A DNA stretch of 64,000 bases, from positions 27,447 through 91,446 of the IMG/VR virus record IMGVR_UViG_3300036985_001509. One strand, 5' to 3'. Of the stretch, positions 19,216 through 29,427 are shown in pieces. Position 1 is the stretch's first letter. The number at the start of each line of letters is the position of its first letter. The stretch comes from a virus. Made by a program: the position numbers and the translations under genes. Below the pieces are notes generated by a model. The model saw only the letters and a program-made list of their open reading frames with translations. It was not told the DNA's origin and did no database searches.

Positions 19216-19292
19216 TAGTTTGAGAAGAGCTCCCCCACCCTGAAGTGGGGGGCACTCTCTTCTCGGATATAGTGCAGCTAAGCTGCAGCAGT

Positions 19293-20846
19293 TTAGAACT
19301 GCGGGATTTCTTCAATCAACACTGTACGAGACAGGTCTTCGATGAATACATCACAACGGTCCTTCATCCAGATTTCATATCCTGGGAATTTGTTCGCAGA
19401 GCTCATACCCTGAGACTTAGCAAAGCCTAAGTGATGGCGAGTTCCATCGATATATCCCCAAGTCATAGAAGGTGCACCCTTCATACGAACTTCACGGATG
19501 TTATTAACCATAGAACCATCAGACATCGGAGATACGTCAAACACCATGAATACAGGGGTAGACTTCTTGTTCTGTCCGAATTCCAGGTTAGATTGAGGCA
19601 GGTCAAGTTCTTTCAGGTGAATCAGTTCAACACGACCAGTCTCACGAGTTACCATTGCATCGAATGCAAAGTTGTAAGTGATGTGTTGTCCTTCGCCTTG
19701 CAGGTAACGGTTTCCGCTATCAGCCATGAAGGTCAGACCGCTGTTCAAAGCGTCAGTCTTCAAAGCTTGTTGGAACACGTCAAAACCTGCTTCGTTTGTA
19801 TACATTTTGACACGACGGTCTTTAACATCCACACGACGGTAGAACAGGTCACCAAACACAGCACGGATCAAGTTCGCAGTGAACTCACCACGGTTGTACT
19901 GTACGAGGTTACCGTTGTTACGCATACGATGGTAAACACCAGCAGATGTACGCTTCAGTTCTTGCTTGCTACCGTTAGTCTTAACAGTACCAGGACGAGA
20001 CCAAATCATACGCTTAACTTTCAACTCAAGCATAGACTTACGCATCCAGAACTCAATAAATGGCTCCCACTTAACATCATTACGAGTCAAGGGAAGTTGG
20101 TTACGACGCTGAGGTGCATATACAAGGATATCCAAAGGACGTCCTGCAGAGTCACGCATCATTTTGTCATCAGCCCACTCAGTGATCTTGTGCTCGAAAC
20201 CATATGCAGAACCCAAAGATTCAAACATAGTGATTTGCTCACCCAAACGGGGAAGACCAAGCAGATCCTGATCGAATTCACCGATTGCAGCATCTACCAG
20301 CTCAAGCTCAATACCCACTTGCAAGAATGTAGAACTTACAAAATCTACAGTGGGGTTGTCAGTCACAAGTGTGAAACTGTACAAGAATCCCATGTTCCAA
20401 GGAATAGGGTCCTTGATAACATAGAAGCGAGGACCATACTGACGGCTACCAACAGAAACGATTGCGTTCTTAGAGAACTCGTTTGTGTCAAGCACCAATT
20501 GGAACTCTTGACCATCGATACCAGGCTTGCTCAACTCGAGAGTGGAGTTAGGTACGTCGATAATTTTAGGGAATTTGTAGGGAACAGCTACTTGCCATTT
20601 CCAAGCATCGCTATTATTATCAATGTAATAAGGCGTGCTTTTGTTGATCATGTCGAGGAAGTCATTGCTATACAGAGAGCTCTGCGTGTAGAGACTGATG
20701 ATCTTCTTGTCGTAATCAGCAGGCTCGGTTGAGTGAAAGCTCTCCAGGTGGTTAGCGTCAGTTAGCTTACCTACAGCACGCTTGTCCATAGAAGCGACAC
20801 GAGCATACGTGAAGCCAGTTAGACCTGGGATTGTTTGAATTGCCAT
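19293..20846 (-). CDS. Major capsid protein (crAss-like)
   Basis: 517 aa, strongly biased codon usage, follows the acidic scaffold-like gene; size and position match the crAss-like MCP. Confidence 0.85.
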   Translation of the reverse strand: MAIQTIPGLTGFTYARVASMDKRAVGKLTDANHLESFHSTEPADYDKKIISLYTQSSLYSNDFLDMINKSTPYYIDNNSDAWKWQVAVPYKFPKIIDVPNSTLELSKPGIDGQEFQLVLDTNEFSKNAIVSVGSRQYGPRFYVIKDPIPWNMGFLYSFTLVTDNPTVDFVSSTFLQVGIELELVDAAIGEFDQDLLGLPRLGEQITMFESLGSAYGFEHKITEWADDKMMRDSAGRPLDILVYAPQRRNQLPLTRNDVKWEPFIEFWMRKSMLELKVKRMIWSRPGTVKTNGSKQELKRTSAGVYHRMRNNGNLVQYNRGEFTANLIRAVFGDLFYRRVDVKDRRVKMYTNEAGFDVFQQALKTDALNSGLTFMADSGNRYLQGEGQHITYNFAFDAMVTRETGRVELIHLKELDLPQSNLEFGQNKKSTPVFMVFDVSPMSDGSMVNNIREVRMKGAPSMTWGYIDGTRHHLGFAKSQGMSSANKFPGYEIWMKDRCDVFIEDLSRTVLIEEIPQF

Positions 20847-20874
20847 TTTTTATCCTTTTGTGTTTAAGAAAAAA

Positions 20875-22161
20875 TTATAAAAACCATGAATTTTGTTTAG
20901 AAGGCTGAGAGCCATTGCTAGTTGACGACTTAGCTTTAGTCACTTGCCTAGCCACTTCCCCAAACAGCTCGTTAGATTTCTTTGTAACGCCTGTCTTTTG
21001 GATGGTAGATAGAGTGGGATCTTTTTCCAAGATCTTCAGTAGCAATGCAACCTTTACTTTAGTTGCATGGTTTTCAGGTCTTTTCAACTCTAAGATGGTA
21101 CGGTCGAAATCTGTGAGAGTTTCTCCTGATGCTGTTTTGTACTTATCTACCAGCAGGAAGTCTTGTAGTTCGTTTGCCAACTTAGGGTTGAGGGGGATTC
21201 CGTCAAACTCCTTGGATTTCAGTTTATCCTGAAGGACTTGCTGAACGTTATTAATATACTGATTCTTTACAGCTTGTTTCTGTTGTAGCTCCACCTCAGC
21301 CTTTTGCTCCATTTGGGCAAGTTTCTGGGCTTCCTTTTTAACAAGCACTTTGTGGTGCTTTGTTGCTACGCTTTCCAGATCGCCATAGTTTTTGAGTCTT
21401 TCAACCTCTGTGTTGATGTCTTCAGTCTCAAATCCTTGATCAGCTAGAGCTTGCTTAATCACTGACACTTGATTATTCTCTTGTGACAGATCCATATCAG
21501 CGAAGCTCACTACGTTATTATATGTACCAAAGTATTCCTTTGGATTAACACCTTTTACGAATATAGCCTCGAACGCTTGTTGATAATCTTCACCAAATTG
21601 ACCAATGAAGTTATTTACTACCTCAATTGCTCCCTTTTTCTTTTCTTCTTGGAAACGTGCCAGGAATTCTTCAGGGGTGGAGATGTTAATCTCTTCTTCC
21701 TCATCATCCTGTGAAAACACTCCAAGTTTGAGAAGATCGCGGGACAGAGCTGTGAATTGACTCAATTCATCTTCTCCCTCTTCAGCAGGTTCTTCAGAAG
21801 CTTGCTCTGCAGGTTTAGCTTCAGCAGCAGGAGCTTTCTTCTTAACTGGTTGAGGATCAGCATCTTCTGCATCTTCCTCAGTTCCACTATTGTCTCCTAA
21901 GAAACTAGAAATAAGTTCTTGACCTGAAAGATCTTTACCATCTTCTTTAGGAACAACCTCTTTACCCTTTGGAACATCTGGTGTTTTAGGGGCTTCAGGA
22001 GGAGTGGCCTCTTTTACAATCTCCTGAAGTTGATCAGGACTGCTTGTAGAGGTTTCGGGAGACAAAAGATCACTAAGAAGTTCTGCACTACCAGGACCCA
22101 TCTCCATAGTGTTCTCAATACTAAAGTTGCCAAAGGATGGCGTCTCAAGGTTCTCAGCCAT
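20875..22161 (-). CDS. Putative capsid scaffolding protein
   Basis: 428 aa; acidic disordered N-half, helical/coiled-coil C-half; immediately upstream of MCP. Confidence 0.6.
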   Translation of the reverse strand: MAENLETPSFGNFSIENTMEMGPGSAELLSDLLSPETSTSSPDQLQEIVKEATPPEAPKTPDVPKGKEVVPKEDGKDLSGQELISSFLGDNSGTEEDAEDADPQPVKKKAPAAEAKPAEQASEEPAEEGEDELSQFTALSRDLLKLGVFSQDDEEEEINISTPEEFLARFQEEKKKGAIEVVNNFIGQFGEDYQQAFEAIFVKGVNPKEYFGTYNNVVSFADMDLSQENNQVSVIKQALADQGFETEDINTEVERLKNYGDLESVATKHHKVLVKKEAQKLAQMEQKAEVELQQKQAVKNQYINNVQQVLQDKLKSKEFDGIPLNPKLANELQDFLLVDKYKTASGETLTDFDRTILELKRPENHATKVKVALLLKILEKDPTLSTIQKTGVTKKSNELFGEVARQVTKAKSSTSNGSQPSKQNSWFL

Positions 22162-22290
22162 ATGTAGTTGTTTTTGAATGGTTTATAAGAAGTAAAAATA
22201 TACAAAGGTCATTGAATCACAAAGAGTTAGAGGGCTATATTGGCTGTTTTCGTAGATAATATAGCATTAATGTTTTTTACTCTAACCAAA

Positions 22291-22545
22291 TCACTTTAAC
22301 TCCACCCACCTGAAACCCATTTTCCATAGGAATCTGGCTGTCAAGGAGGACTCTTTGCGGATCTTTGTTTCGCTCCAGTCAGGGTGTTTTAGGTGGAAGT
22401 GTTCATGCAGGGCGATAAGTAGATACCTGTATCCAGTCAATCTTATATCTATTTCTATCTTATTCTTTTCATCCCAGGCAAGTCCATGGGCTTTTTCTCT
22501 ACCTAACTTACGATGCTCAACCTTGTGGGGATTCTTGATTTCCAT
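22291..22545 (-). CDS. Minimal zincin-like (HExxH) metallopeptidase
   Basis: 84 aa from ATG at 22545; AHGLA...KIEIDIRL...LLIALHEHFH. Confidence 0.55.
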   Translation of the reverse strand: MEIKNPHKVEHRKLGREKAHGLAWDEKNKIEIDIRLTGYRYLLIALHEHFHLKHPDWSETKIRKESSLTARFLWKMGFRWVELK

Positions 22546-22759
22546 AATGATTAGATTCAAATATCTCTTTAAGAGCGGTGTAAGTAATTAGTAATGACAT
22601 CCTCTTTATCTTGTCTACCATCTCAGCTTCTTCCTCAGATAGCAAAACTGTGTCCAGGTCCTCAATCACACCAACAGCCTGGATGCAGGCTGTGATGTCT
22701 TCATGAGGCGTGGGGTCAAATGGGAAAATTTCGTCAGTGATGATTTCGTCTTTATCCAT
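22517..22759 (-). CDS. Hypothetical protein
   Basis: 80 aa acidic ORF coupled to the portal stop. Confidence 0.6.
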   Translation of the reverse strand: MDKDEIITDEIFPFDPTPHEDITACIQAVGVIEDLDTVLLSEEEAEMVDKIKRMSLLITYTALKEIFESNHYGNQESPQG

Positions 22760-25353
22760 TATTCTTTCTTAGGTTTTTTAGCTCTACCTTTTGCGTTCTC
22801 TTTAGCTATGGCCAAGTCATTTCTCTGGTTCTCACGATCTACCTTAAGTTTCTCTCTTTCAAGAGATATCTTCTCAGCGGCCAGTCTGTTCTTGGTGCTA
22901 ATGTCTGCCATCTTCATCTGATAGTCCTTAGCCGTTCTGTCTTGCTCTGCACTTATCTTACTGATTTCCAACACATCAGGAACTCCTGACTCATCTACAT
23001 CAGAGAGTCCCATGCCCATAGACTTGGCTTCAGCAGCAATCAGTGCCACCTCTTTCTTGTTTATGCGGTCAAGCTCGTTCTGGTAGTTTTCATTAGCAAT
23101 ATCCTGCTCCTTCTGCATCTGAGCCTGTTGCATTTGAGCTTGAGCAATTTGACTCTGCTGTTCAACCTGCTGCTGTTGCATGTCAAGTTTCTGCTGCTCC
23201 ATTTTCTGCTGTCTGTCACGCAAGTCTTTAAACACCTTCTTCATTTCTCTCATAGACTTGGTGCTGTACAGCTCAATTACGTCATACAGAGATCCACCAT
23301 TCTGCATCAAAGGTTGTGCCAGCTGACGAAGCTCATTGAACATCTGTGTATCCTCAGGACGATTTGTCAAGAATACCTTCAGGTCACGGAACTTAAGATC
23401 AGAACCGTTCACTGATACAAAAGCGCTCTCACCCTCGCTAGTGATATAGCTGAGAGTGGACTGGGGCTTCTTGCTTTCTACATACAGGGCAGCATCAATG
23501 ATGGCCTGGTAGAGTTGACCCATAACATACTCATGGGCTATGAACAGGGGCTCTGTTTGAGAATAAGATTGTTGTACGGCTGTGTTTACACCTGTAGCAG
23601 ATTCGCTAGATGTAATAGATCCCATACGTTGTCTACTCATCCCCACGAGTTCCCAACATTCGCTCTTTAACTGTTGGGCTAGGGTATAACGAGATTGGAT
23701 TTCCTGTGTACGTGTAAGGTCAATATCTCTAAACTGGTTGAATGAGCTTGGGCTCTTCAGGTTTTCAGGGCTGTCGTCAATAAAGACAACACCTCTGTTT
23801 CTTGCTTCTAATTCCCAAATGTCAAGAGCATCCTGAGCATCACCATCCTTAGGAACAGGAATATGTCTGATGGATGTTAAATACACCTTACCCACTTCCT
23901 TCTCCAGCAGCTTATAGAGCTGGTTCATACATACATTATACAACACCTGGAAAGGCTTCATTAAATCCACCAGAGACTTAGCTTCTGTGTTCTTCACCTC
24001 AAAGGTGATACCAATAAGAGGGCAGTAGTTGAGGAGCTTGAAAGGTTTAACGTGGTAGATATCTGGACCAATCTTGGTGCCCTGATACCACTGGTTAATC
24101 CAGCCCCATTCCAAACTTTGCTGTGTAGGAATGGTGCCGCTCTTGTAGTTTTCATCTACCAGAACTGACTGTTCGTTACCCATCTCGTCTACATAGATGA
24201 GTTTACCAATCTTCTTCTTGCTCAACCAGTAACCTCTAACAACAACATACTTATATCCAAAGGATGATACGTTGGAGGTGAGTCCCAAGAAATCCTTGAG
24301 ACCATCATTGTTCTCCTTCATTTCACTCTCGATAATCATACGGGTTTGAAGGACCAGTGGATCAAATGTATCATAGGTAACTGAGTCAATACCAGGAACA
24401 GCGTTGGGGTTACCCAGATTTGATTCACGGACGTTAATTAGTCCATAGTCTTGCAGAGAACTTCTTAGATGGTCTATTTCTTCTTTAGTAAGATCAGGAA
24501 TGCTTTCAATGATCTCTGAAAGCTCCATAACTTGAACAGTACCTGCAGCATACGCACCTTGAGCTCGCCCTGTAGGGTCAGAGATATATTTTCTATCAGG
24601 CGTTGTAAGGAACCATGTGTTTTTCGGGTTAGCCACCTCGATATTGAATCCCAGCTTAGAATTGTCCTCATAGATGTGATAGAATTCTCTTCCAGAAATA
24701 AGCATGTCTCTAAACGCGTCCTCACTTTTCTCCTTCAGGTTGAACTCAGCCTTCTGGCAAGTGAGCACATGATTGGCCCATTTCTCAGCTACAGAAGTGT
24801 AGCTATCTAGGACATCCTGTACTTCCTCCATTGTCATCTGTTGAACTTCCTCTTCAGAAAGCTCCTCACCATTCATAGCAGCGTTTGCCAATATCTGCTG
24901 TCTAGCTCTACCCAGAACATATTGTTGAAGTATATCTGTCTTAAACTCCAGCTCTTCAGACTTACTATCATCATCAAACGCCTTCACCCTGAATGTATCA
25001 GGGCGTTTACTAATCTCACCCACCAGCTCGTTTACAGGAGTGGTGATGATGGAATACATCTTAACATACGCAGGCAATTGTAGATCGGCTGTAAGCACAT
25101 CTGTAAAACTTCTCACCTGAGGCTCCTGATAGAAATCTTCCATCCTCAGGATGCCTTTCATTAGGTCGTAGTTTTTGACAAATGTATCTCGGTTCTTTAC
25201 ATACTCAGCATAAGCCTTGTTTGCAAAGTAGTCCATAGTGTTCTTAATCCAGCTCTCATCTTGCTTCTCCTTATCAGTCTTGAACTGATCAGGGAAGATG
25301 TTAAGATAGGCATACCTAATGGTAGCATCTTTCGTATATCTAATAATTGCCAT
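22759..25353 (-). CDS. Portal protein
   Basis: 864 aa after terminase; WINQWYQGTKIG motif, Gln-rich C-terminal coiled coil. Confidence 0.85.
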   Translation of the reverse strand: MAIIRYTKDATIRYAYLNIFPDQFKTDKEKQDESWIKNTMDYFANKAYAEYVKNRDTFVKNYDLMKGILRMEDFYQEPQVRSFTDVLTADLQLPAYVKMYSIITTPVNELVGEISKRPDTFRVKAFDDDSKSEELEFKTDILQQYVLGRARQQILANAAMNGEELSEEEVQQMTMEEVQDVLDSYTSVAEKWANHVLTCQKAEFNLKEKSEDAFRDMLISGREFYHIYEDNSKLGFNIEVANPKNTWFLTTPDRKYISDPTGRAQGAYAAGTVQVMELSEIIESIPDLTKEEIDHLRSSLQDYGLINVRESNLGNPNAVPGIDSVTYDTFDPLVLQTRMIIESEMKENNDGLKDFLGLTSNVSSFGYKYVVVRGYWLSKKKIGKLIYVDEMGNEQSVLVDENYKSGTIPTQQSLEWGWINQWYQGTKIGPDIYHVKPFKLLNYCPLIGITFEVKNTEAKSLVDLMKPFQVLYNVCMNQLYKLLEKEVGKVYLTSIRHIPVPKDGDAQDALDIWELEARNRGVVFIDDSPENLKSPSSFNQFRDIDLTRTQEIQSRYTLAQQLKSECWELVGMSRQRMGSITSSESATGVNTAVQQSYSQTEPLFIAHEYVMGQLYQAIIDAALYVESKKPQSTLSYITSEGESAFVSVNGSDLKFRDLKVFLTNRPEDTQMFNELRQLAQPLMQNGGSLYDVIELYSTKSMREMKKVFKDLRDRQQKMEQQKLDMQQQQVEQQSQIAQAQMQQAQMQKEQDIANENYQNELDRINKKEVALIAAEAKSMGMGLSDVDESGVPDVLEISKISAEQDRTAKDYQMKMADISTKNRLAAEKISLEREKLKVDRENQRNDLAIAKENAKGRAKKPKKE

Positions 25354-27377
25354 TATGTAAACAATTTACTTTTTTTCCTTGGGAATAGTCCTCTTGATTC
25401 TGTAAATAGCTGGTTTTTCTTGTTTGGTCTAAAGAATGCTTTTAGTCTGTCATCTCCTGAACCTCCCACCTTTCCAAGTATTGGGTCCATTTTAAGAGCC
25501 TGAGCTATTGCTAACTCTGCTGCTACAATACGGTCAAAGTTACCTTGATCGTTATACTGAATAATCTCTTCCAGTAGAACAGGATCAAATATCTTTGACA
25601 CACCCAGTACCTCTTTAATGATATCACCATCCTCGTTCTTTTCCTGATATACAACAGCCTCCATATACTTCTTGAGACAGTTGTGCAGATAGTCTCTTAT
25701 CTTATCTGCTGAGCGGTGCACCCCATACTCACGTTTAACGGTGGTACCAGGCACCACTTCCTTCAACCATTCAGGTTGCTTCTCGAGGTAGTGTGCATCT
25801 CCTTTAGCTTTCATGTATTCTATGAAGGAGATGTCATCATTTTCACAGAGCGTACGTGCATTATAATACTTAATGAGAAGACGAGCTTGTTCTTCCCAGG
25901 TTTCTTTCTTCTCAGGCCTTGCACAATACGAAGCTACGAACATATCCTGGTACTTCTCACCAGTTATGTCGTGCATTCTCTTATAAATATATACAGACCC
26001 TAAGGATGTAGAATAGGCAGCTTGCCCCTGTCTGTAAGGGTCAACTCCTGCTACATAGAGTCCGTACGGAGGGTTTTCCAGAGGAAACTCATATATCACT
26101 ACAGGAGCATCCTTCAGATCCGTATTCTTTAGGGGGAAGTTAGTGATGGGTTGTTTATCTGTAAACTCATGACTAATCTTCTCTCCATCATGGAACAGAA
26201 TAACAGGTGTGCCTGTACGTTCCTGATTAATAAGCCTAGCTTTCTGTCGCTTGGCTCCCTCAATATCAAATATGTTTGTGTCCTCGTTCAGGAAGATATC
26301 ATCCACTTCCATGGGATAGTACATCTTCTCTTTTAGGTAGGCCACTCTATCTCCAGCCTTCTTAAGGCGTTCTAGATTACCTTCTGTAATTTGTTTAGCT
26401 TTCTCCTCATTACTCACCAACATCTTAACGTCATGACTATCGCTTCCTTCAGGCTCTCCCAGAAATGCACCCAGCGTGCTCTCTTCCTTAGCCTCCATTC
26501 GATACTTATACGAAATAAACAAGCCATGAATACGTTTCTCATCCTTTTCATTGTTGTAGGTTAAGAAGTTGAAATTATCTACATCAAACATCAGGGACTT
26601 GGCGTCCATGAATCGCTTCATGTCACCACCAGTACCTGTAAGAATGGGAGAACAACCCCATCCATAAGGGGTTGTGAAACCTGGTACAGCAGCCTGGAAA
26701 CCTCTAAGGAAATTACCTTTACCAATCTCATCGATAATTAGTTTACGTGGTTTTGTACCAGCAATTGCTTCCTCATTGTTACCCTCGTCAAGGTTACGAA
26801 TGAGTATCTGGGAGAACGGTATACGCTCTCCTGATTTGGTCTTAATACCTAGGGTGACTTGGTTTTTCCAGTTGTCCTCAACTCTCTGCCATCTCCATGC
26901 TTCAGGTAGGAAGTTCAGGCCCTTGTCCAGCTTATCTGTGATCAGCTTTATATCGGGGGCATTCAACCCAGCGATCACATTCTGGGAATTCTCATCAAAT
27001 GTAGCGCCCCACCCTATGTAAGAAGCCTCTAAAACAGACTTAGCGAAACGTCGTATACCTAGTATCACCAAGCCCTTTTTATCTTGTTGTGCTCTATCTA
27101 TCTCATTGGTCACTATCCACTCATTGTCACGCAGGAGAGGATTGGCATATTTCTGGGAGATTCTCCCACGCTCATCTATCACATCCACCTCTGTGTGCCA
27201 AACATTTAGATGCCAGTAGAGAAACGGGTTGATATACACCCCGCCCATCATAGCACCGTTTAAGCATATGTCTCTGTGGAAGTCAAAGAAAGGCTTAAAC
27301 TCTGCAGACTCACGGTCAGGCAGACGCCCCTGGTTGATAAACCAGTCTTTGTAATCTATGCTTTGTATGTTGATCAT
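25353..27377 (-). CDS. terL: Terminase large subunit
   Basis: Walker A-like GIRRFAKS, Walker B IIDEIGK, motif III LTGTGG, nuclease YVAGVDPY and GNFDR. Confidence 0.9.
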   Translation of the reverse strand: MINIQSIDYKDWFINQGRLPDRESAEFKPFFDFHRDICLNGAMMGGVYINPFLYWHLNVWHTEVDVIDERGRISQKYANPLLRDNEWIVTNEIDRAQQDKKGLVILGIRRFAKSVLEASYIGWGATFDENSQNVIAGLNAPDIKLITDKLDKGLNFLPEAWRWQRVEDNWKNQVTLGIKTKSGERIPFSQILIRNLDEGNNEEAIAGTKPRKLIIDEIGKGNFLRGFQAAVPGFTTPYGWGCSPILTGTGGDMKRFMDAKSLMFDVDNFNFLTYNNEKDEKRIHGLFISYKYRMEAKEESTLGAFLGEPEGSDSHDVKMLVSNEEKAKQITEGNLERLKKAGDRVAYLKEKMYYPMEVDDIFLNEDTNIFDIEGAKRQKARLINQERTGTPVILFHDGEKISHEFTDKQPITNFPLKNTDLKDAPVVIYEFPLENPPYGLYVAGVDPYRQGQAAYSTSLGSVYIYKRMHDITGEKYQDMFVASYCARPEKKETWEEQARLLIKYYNARTLCENDDISFIEYMKAKGDAHYLEKQPEWLKEVVPGTTVKREYGVHRSADKIRDYLHNCLKKYMEAVVYQEKNEDGDIIKEVLGVSKIFDPVLLEEIIQYNDQGNFDRIVAAELAIAQALKMDPILGKVGGSGDDRLKAFFRPNKKNQLFTESRGLFPRKKSKLFT

Positions 27378-27712
27378 TATCTTCTGCTCCTGAGGAAGTC
27401 TTCAGCCATAGAGCTTAACTCTCCATTACCTCTCACTTCCACCTTAGCTTCTTCTTTCTCACGCAGTTTCTCTACAACCTCCAGAAGAGCCAAGTAATTT
27501 TTCATTGTTTCTTGGATGAACTTACCCTGGGCCTCAATAGAGGCAATTACCATGGGAAGCATACCTCCTTTGGCTGTAGGTTTCCACTCAATCCTGTCCT
27601 TCAGTTCATGAAGAGGATTGGCATCAACATATGCTTTCCAGCTTTTGAGCTGTTCTTCAGCCCAGTCAAGCTCAGCATTTATGTATGTAGTTTTTTTAAT
27701 AGTCTTCGCCAT
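27377..27712 (-). CDS. Hypothetical protein (possible small terminase)
   Basis: 111 aa helical ORF immediately upstream of terL. Confidence 0.45.
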   Translation of the reverse strand: MAKTIKKTTYINAELDWAEEQLKSWKAYVDANPLHELKDRIEWKPTAKGGMLPMVIASIEAQGKFIQETMKNYLALLEVVEKLREKEEAKVEVRGNGELSSMAEDFLRSRR

Positions 27713-27977
27713 CTTGCTCTTTTAAAATGTCATCCAGATTCATGCCATCCTTAATAATCTGGTCAAGTTCGTTCTCATCTGTATGAGGAACGTCTAGCTC
27801 CAGTTCAGATTTATACTTCTCTAGAGCAAAAAGAATCTCTTTGTCAGTCAGTCCCCACACATCCCCATACCCATCAAGGGCTGTGGCTATGTGCCTACCC
27901 ATATTATAGTTGGGATAGGCAGCATGTAGTTGTTGGAGAACAATCAGTACCTGACTGTAATGGCTAGACTTTCTCAT
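27696..27977 (-). CDS. Hypothetical protein
   Basis: Tightly packed ORF in the operon. Confidence 0.6.
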   Translation of the reverse strand: MRKSSHYSQVLIVLQQLHAAYPNYNMGRHIATALDGYGDVWGLTDKEILFALEKYKSELELDVPHTDENELDQIIKDGMNLDDILKEQDGEDY

Positions 27978-27981
27978 CAGT

Positions 27982-28164
27982 TTATTTTACTATCAAGCCA
28001 ACACTTGTGGCAGATAGCTTTTCTAATCCTGGAGAAACTACATCCTTGATTAGCTTAGCTATTTGCTCATTAGCTAACGTTTTTACTTCTTCTGAAATTC
28101 CTGGGGTTGCTACCAAAGCTCCGAGCTTCTCAATAACAATCCATGCTTCTACTATTGGGTTCAT
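27982..28164 (-). CDS. Hypothetical protein
   Basis: Tightly packed ORF. Confidence 0.55.
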   Translation of the reverse strand: MNPIVEAWIVIEKLGALVATPGISEEVKTLANEQIAKLIKDVVSPGLEKLSATSVGLIVK

Positions 28165-28409
28165 ATTAATTGGTTTAAATCGTCGTCATTAAGTTCTTTA
28201 GAGGGGTCTATCTCTATCTCTACATCAAAATTTTCTTCCTCTTTATTGTAATACTCTTCCTTGATGGCAATTCCTATATTGTCCTGGAAGTCGTTTGCTA
28301 TGCCTATAATATCTACAAAGTCAGCACCCTTGTTCCAGGCATCTGTCAGCACATCAATGAGCACCTTTACAGGTATCTTTCTAAGGGTAACTTCTTGTCT
28401 ATTTTCCAT
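28161..28409 (-). CDS. Hypothetical protein
   Basis: Tightly packed ORF. Confidence 0.55.
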   Translation of the reverse strand: MENRQEVTLRKIPVKVLIDVLTDAWNKGADFVDIIGIANDFQDNIGIAIKEEYYNKEEENFDVEIEIDPSKELNDDDLNQLI

Positions 28410-28695
28410 GGCTTTTCATTTCTTCTTCCTGATCTGGCGTAACCAAAGCCACCCATTTGTTTAAAGGGCAGCTGCACGAGAGACATTTGGTTTTGGCAGA
28501 CAGGGTACATCCACAATGTGTGCAATGTGCGTCTGGCCTGATGGTTTTATAATTTTTACGATTTGCCGAGTGGTATTCACAACCCTCACAAATAGTAAGT
28601 CTTTCTTTACTCGTATCCTTTATCGTCTTCTTCAGCTCTTTGGGAGGCAGGAGGTTGTTCCTCCACCCCTCGTAAATTTGAGACATTAGATTCAT
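28399..28695 (-). CDS. Zn-finger protein
   Basis: RLTICEGC...HCTHCGC...KTKCLSCSCPLNKW. Confidence 0.65.
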   Translation of the reverse strand: MNLMSQIYEGWRNNLLPPKELKKTIKDTSKERLTICEGCEYHSANRKNYKTIRPDAHCTHCGCTLSAKTKCLSCSCPLNKWVALVTPDQEEEMKSHGK

Positions 28696-29023
28696 ATATC
28701 TTTGGTTTTAAGTCTCTTATCCCGTCAAGGGCTATTTGAAGCTTCAGGGCTGCCGACTTCCTTTTGGCTTCTGGCAGCGTTTCGTCATTTGCCCATTTCT
28801 CAAACAAGGCTTTCTGACTCAGAAACTTCTCCATCGTCTTGTGCGCCTTCTTCTCATTAAAAAACAACTTCCCAAATCCACTGATTTCCAAGCTTTTATG
28901 CTGTGTCAGCGCCTCGTTGGCGCTTTGGAACTGGTGGTTAATAATGGTCTCCAGTGTCTTCTCGCTCATCCTCATCTTGACTGCCATCTTTCTGATGATC
29001 CAGTCCTTGACGGATAGGCTCAT
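28607..29023 (-). CDS. IHF/HU-like DNA-binding protein
   Basis: SLEISGFGKLFFN HU-type motif; start probably the ATG at 29023. Confidence 0.6.
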   Translation of the reverse strand: MSLSVKDWIIRKMAVKMRMSEKTLETIINHQFQSANEALTQHKSLEISGFGKLFFNEKKAHKTMEKFLSQKALFEKWANDETLPEAKRKSAALKLQIALDGIRDLKPKIYESNVSNLRGVEEQPPASQRAEEDDKGYE

Positions 29024-29030
29024 TGGCTTA

Positions 29031-29381
29031 TTATCCGTGAACAAGTCTGATTTCAAGGGTGATGTCATGGTCAAAGTTTAACAGGATTTGAGGGTTCACC
29101 TTCACCTTTGTCCCATCCTTCACCAGCACCCCTATCTTCTTGAGCCTAGAAATGATGTTATTTATGGAGGCATTGGTGGTGCCATATCTCTCACAGAAAT
29201 CCTTACGTATGTTAGCATAAGAGATGTTACCCCTTACAGCAGCAAAAGCCAGAAGTTGTATTTCTCTCTGTGTTAGCTTCAAATCGTTCACAGCAGACAG
29301 AATAGTGTAATACCTCTCCGCTAAGAGTGTACTATCCACCTCTTGTTTCTTCAGCTTCTGTAAGACGATTGTGGCTTTCAT
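29031..29381 (-). CDS. Winged-helix DNA-binding protein
   Basis: LTQREIQLL...FCERYGTTNASINNIISRLKKIGVL (MarR-like wHTH); first gene of the leftward operon. Confidence 0.65.
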   Translation of the reverse strand: MKATIVLQKLKKQEVDSTLLAERYYTILSAVNDLKLTQREIQLLAFAAVRGNISYANIRKDFCERYGTTNASINNIISRLKKIGVLVKDGTKVKVNPQILLNFDHDITLEIRLVHG

Positions 29382-29395
29382 AAATTTAGTTAGTA

Positions 29396-29427
29396 CAAAG
29401 ATAAGGGGTTATTCTAACATATTCAAA
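29396..29427 (-). promoter_or_regulatory. Consensus Bacteroidota promoter driving the leftward operon
   Basis: Minus strand TTTG-N20-TATCTTTG, an exact match to the -33/-7 consensus. Confidence 0.8.

Noticed and set aside
19431-20732. 433 aa plus-strand ORF antisense to MCP (also 16374-17171)
   Set aside because: Explained by strong codon bias of highly expressed genes; no recognisable protein features.
29023-29040. Non-canonical ACG start for the IHF-like gene (ACG GAT AAT AAG CCA ATG)
   Set aside because: An in-frame ATG lies five codons downstream; cannot be supported without homolog alignment.
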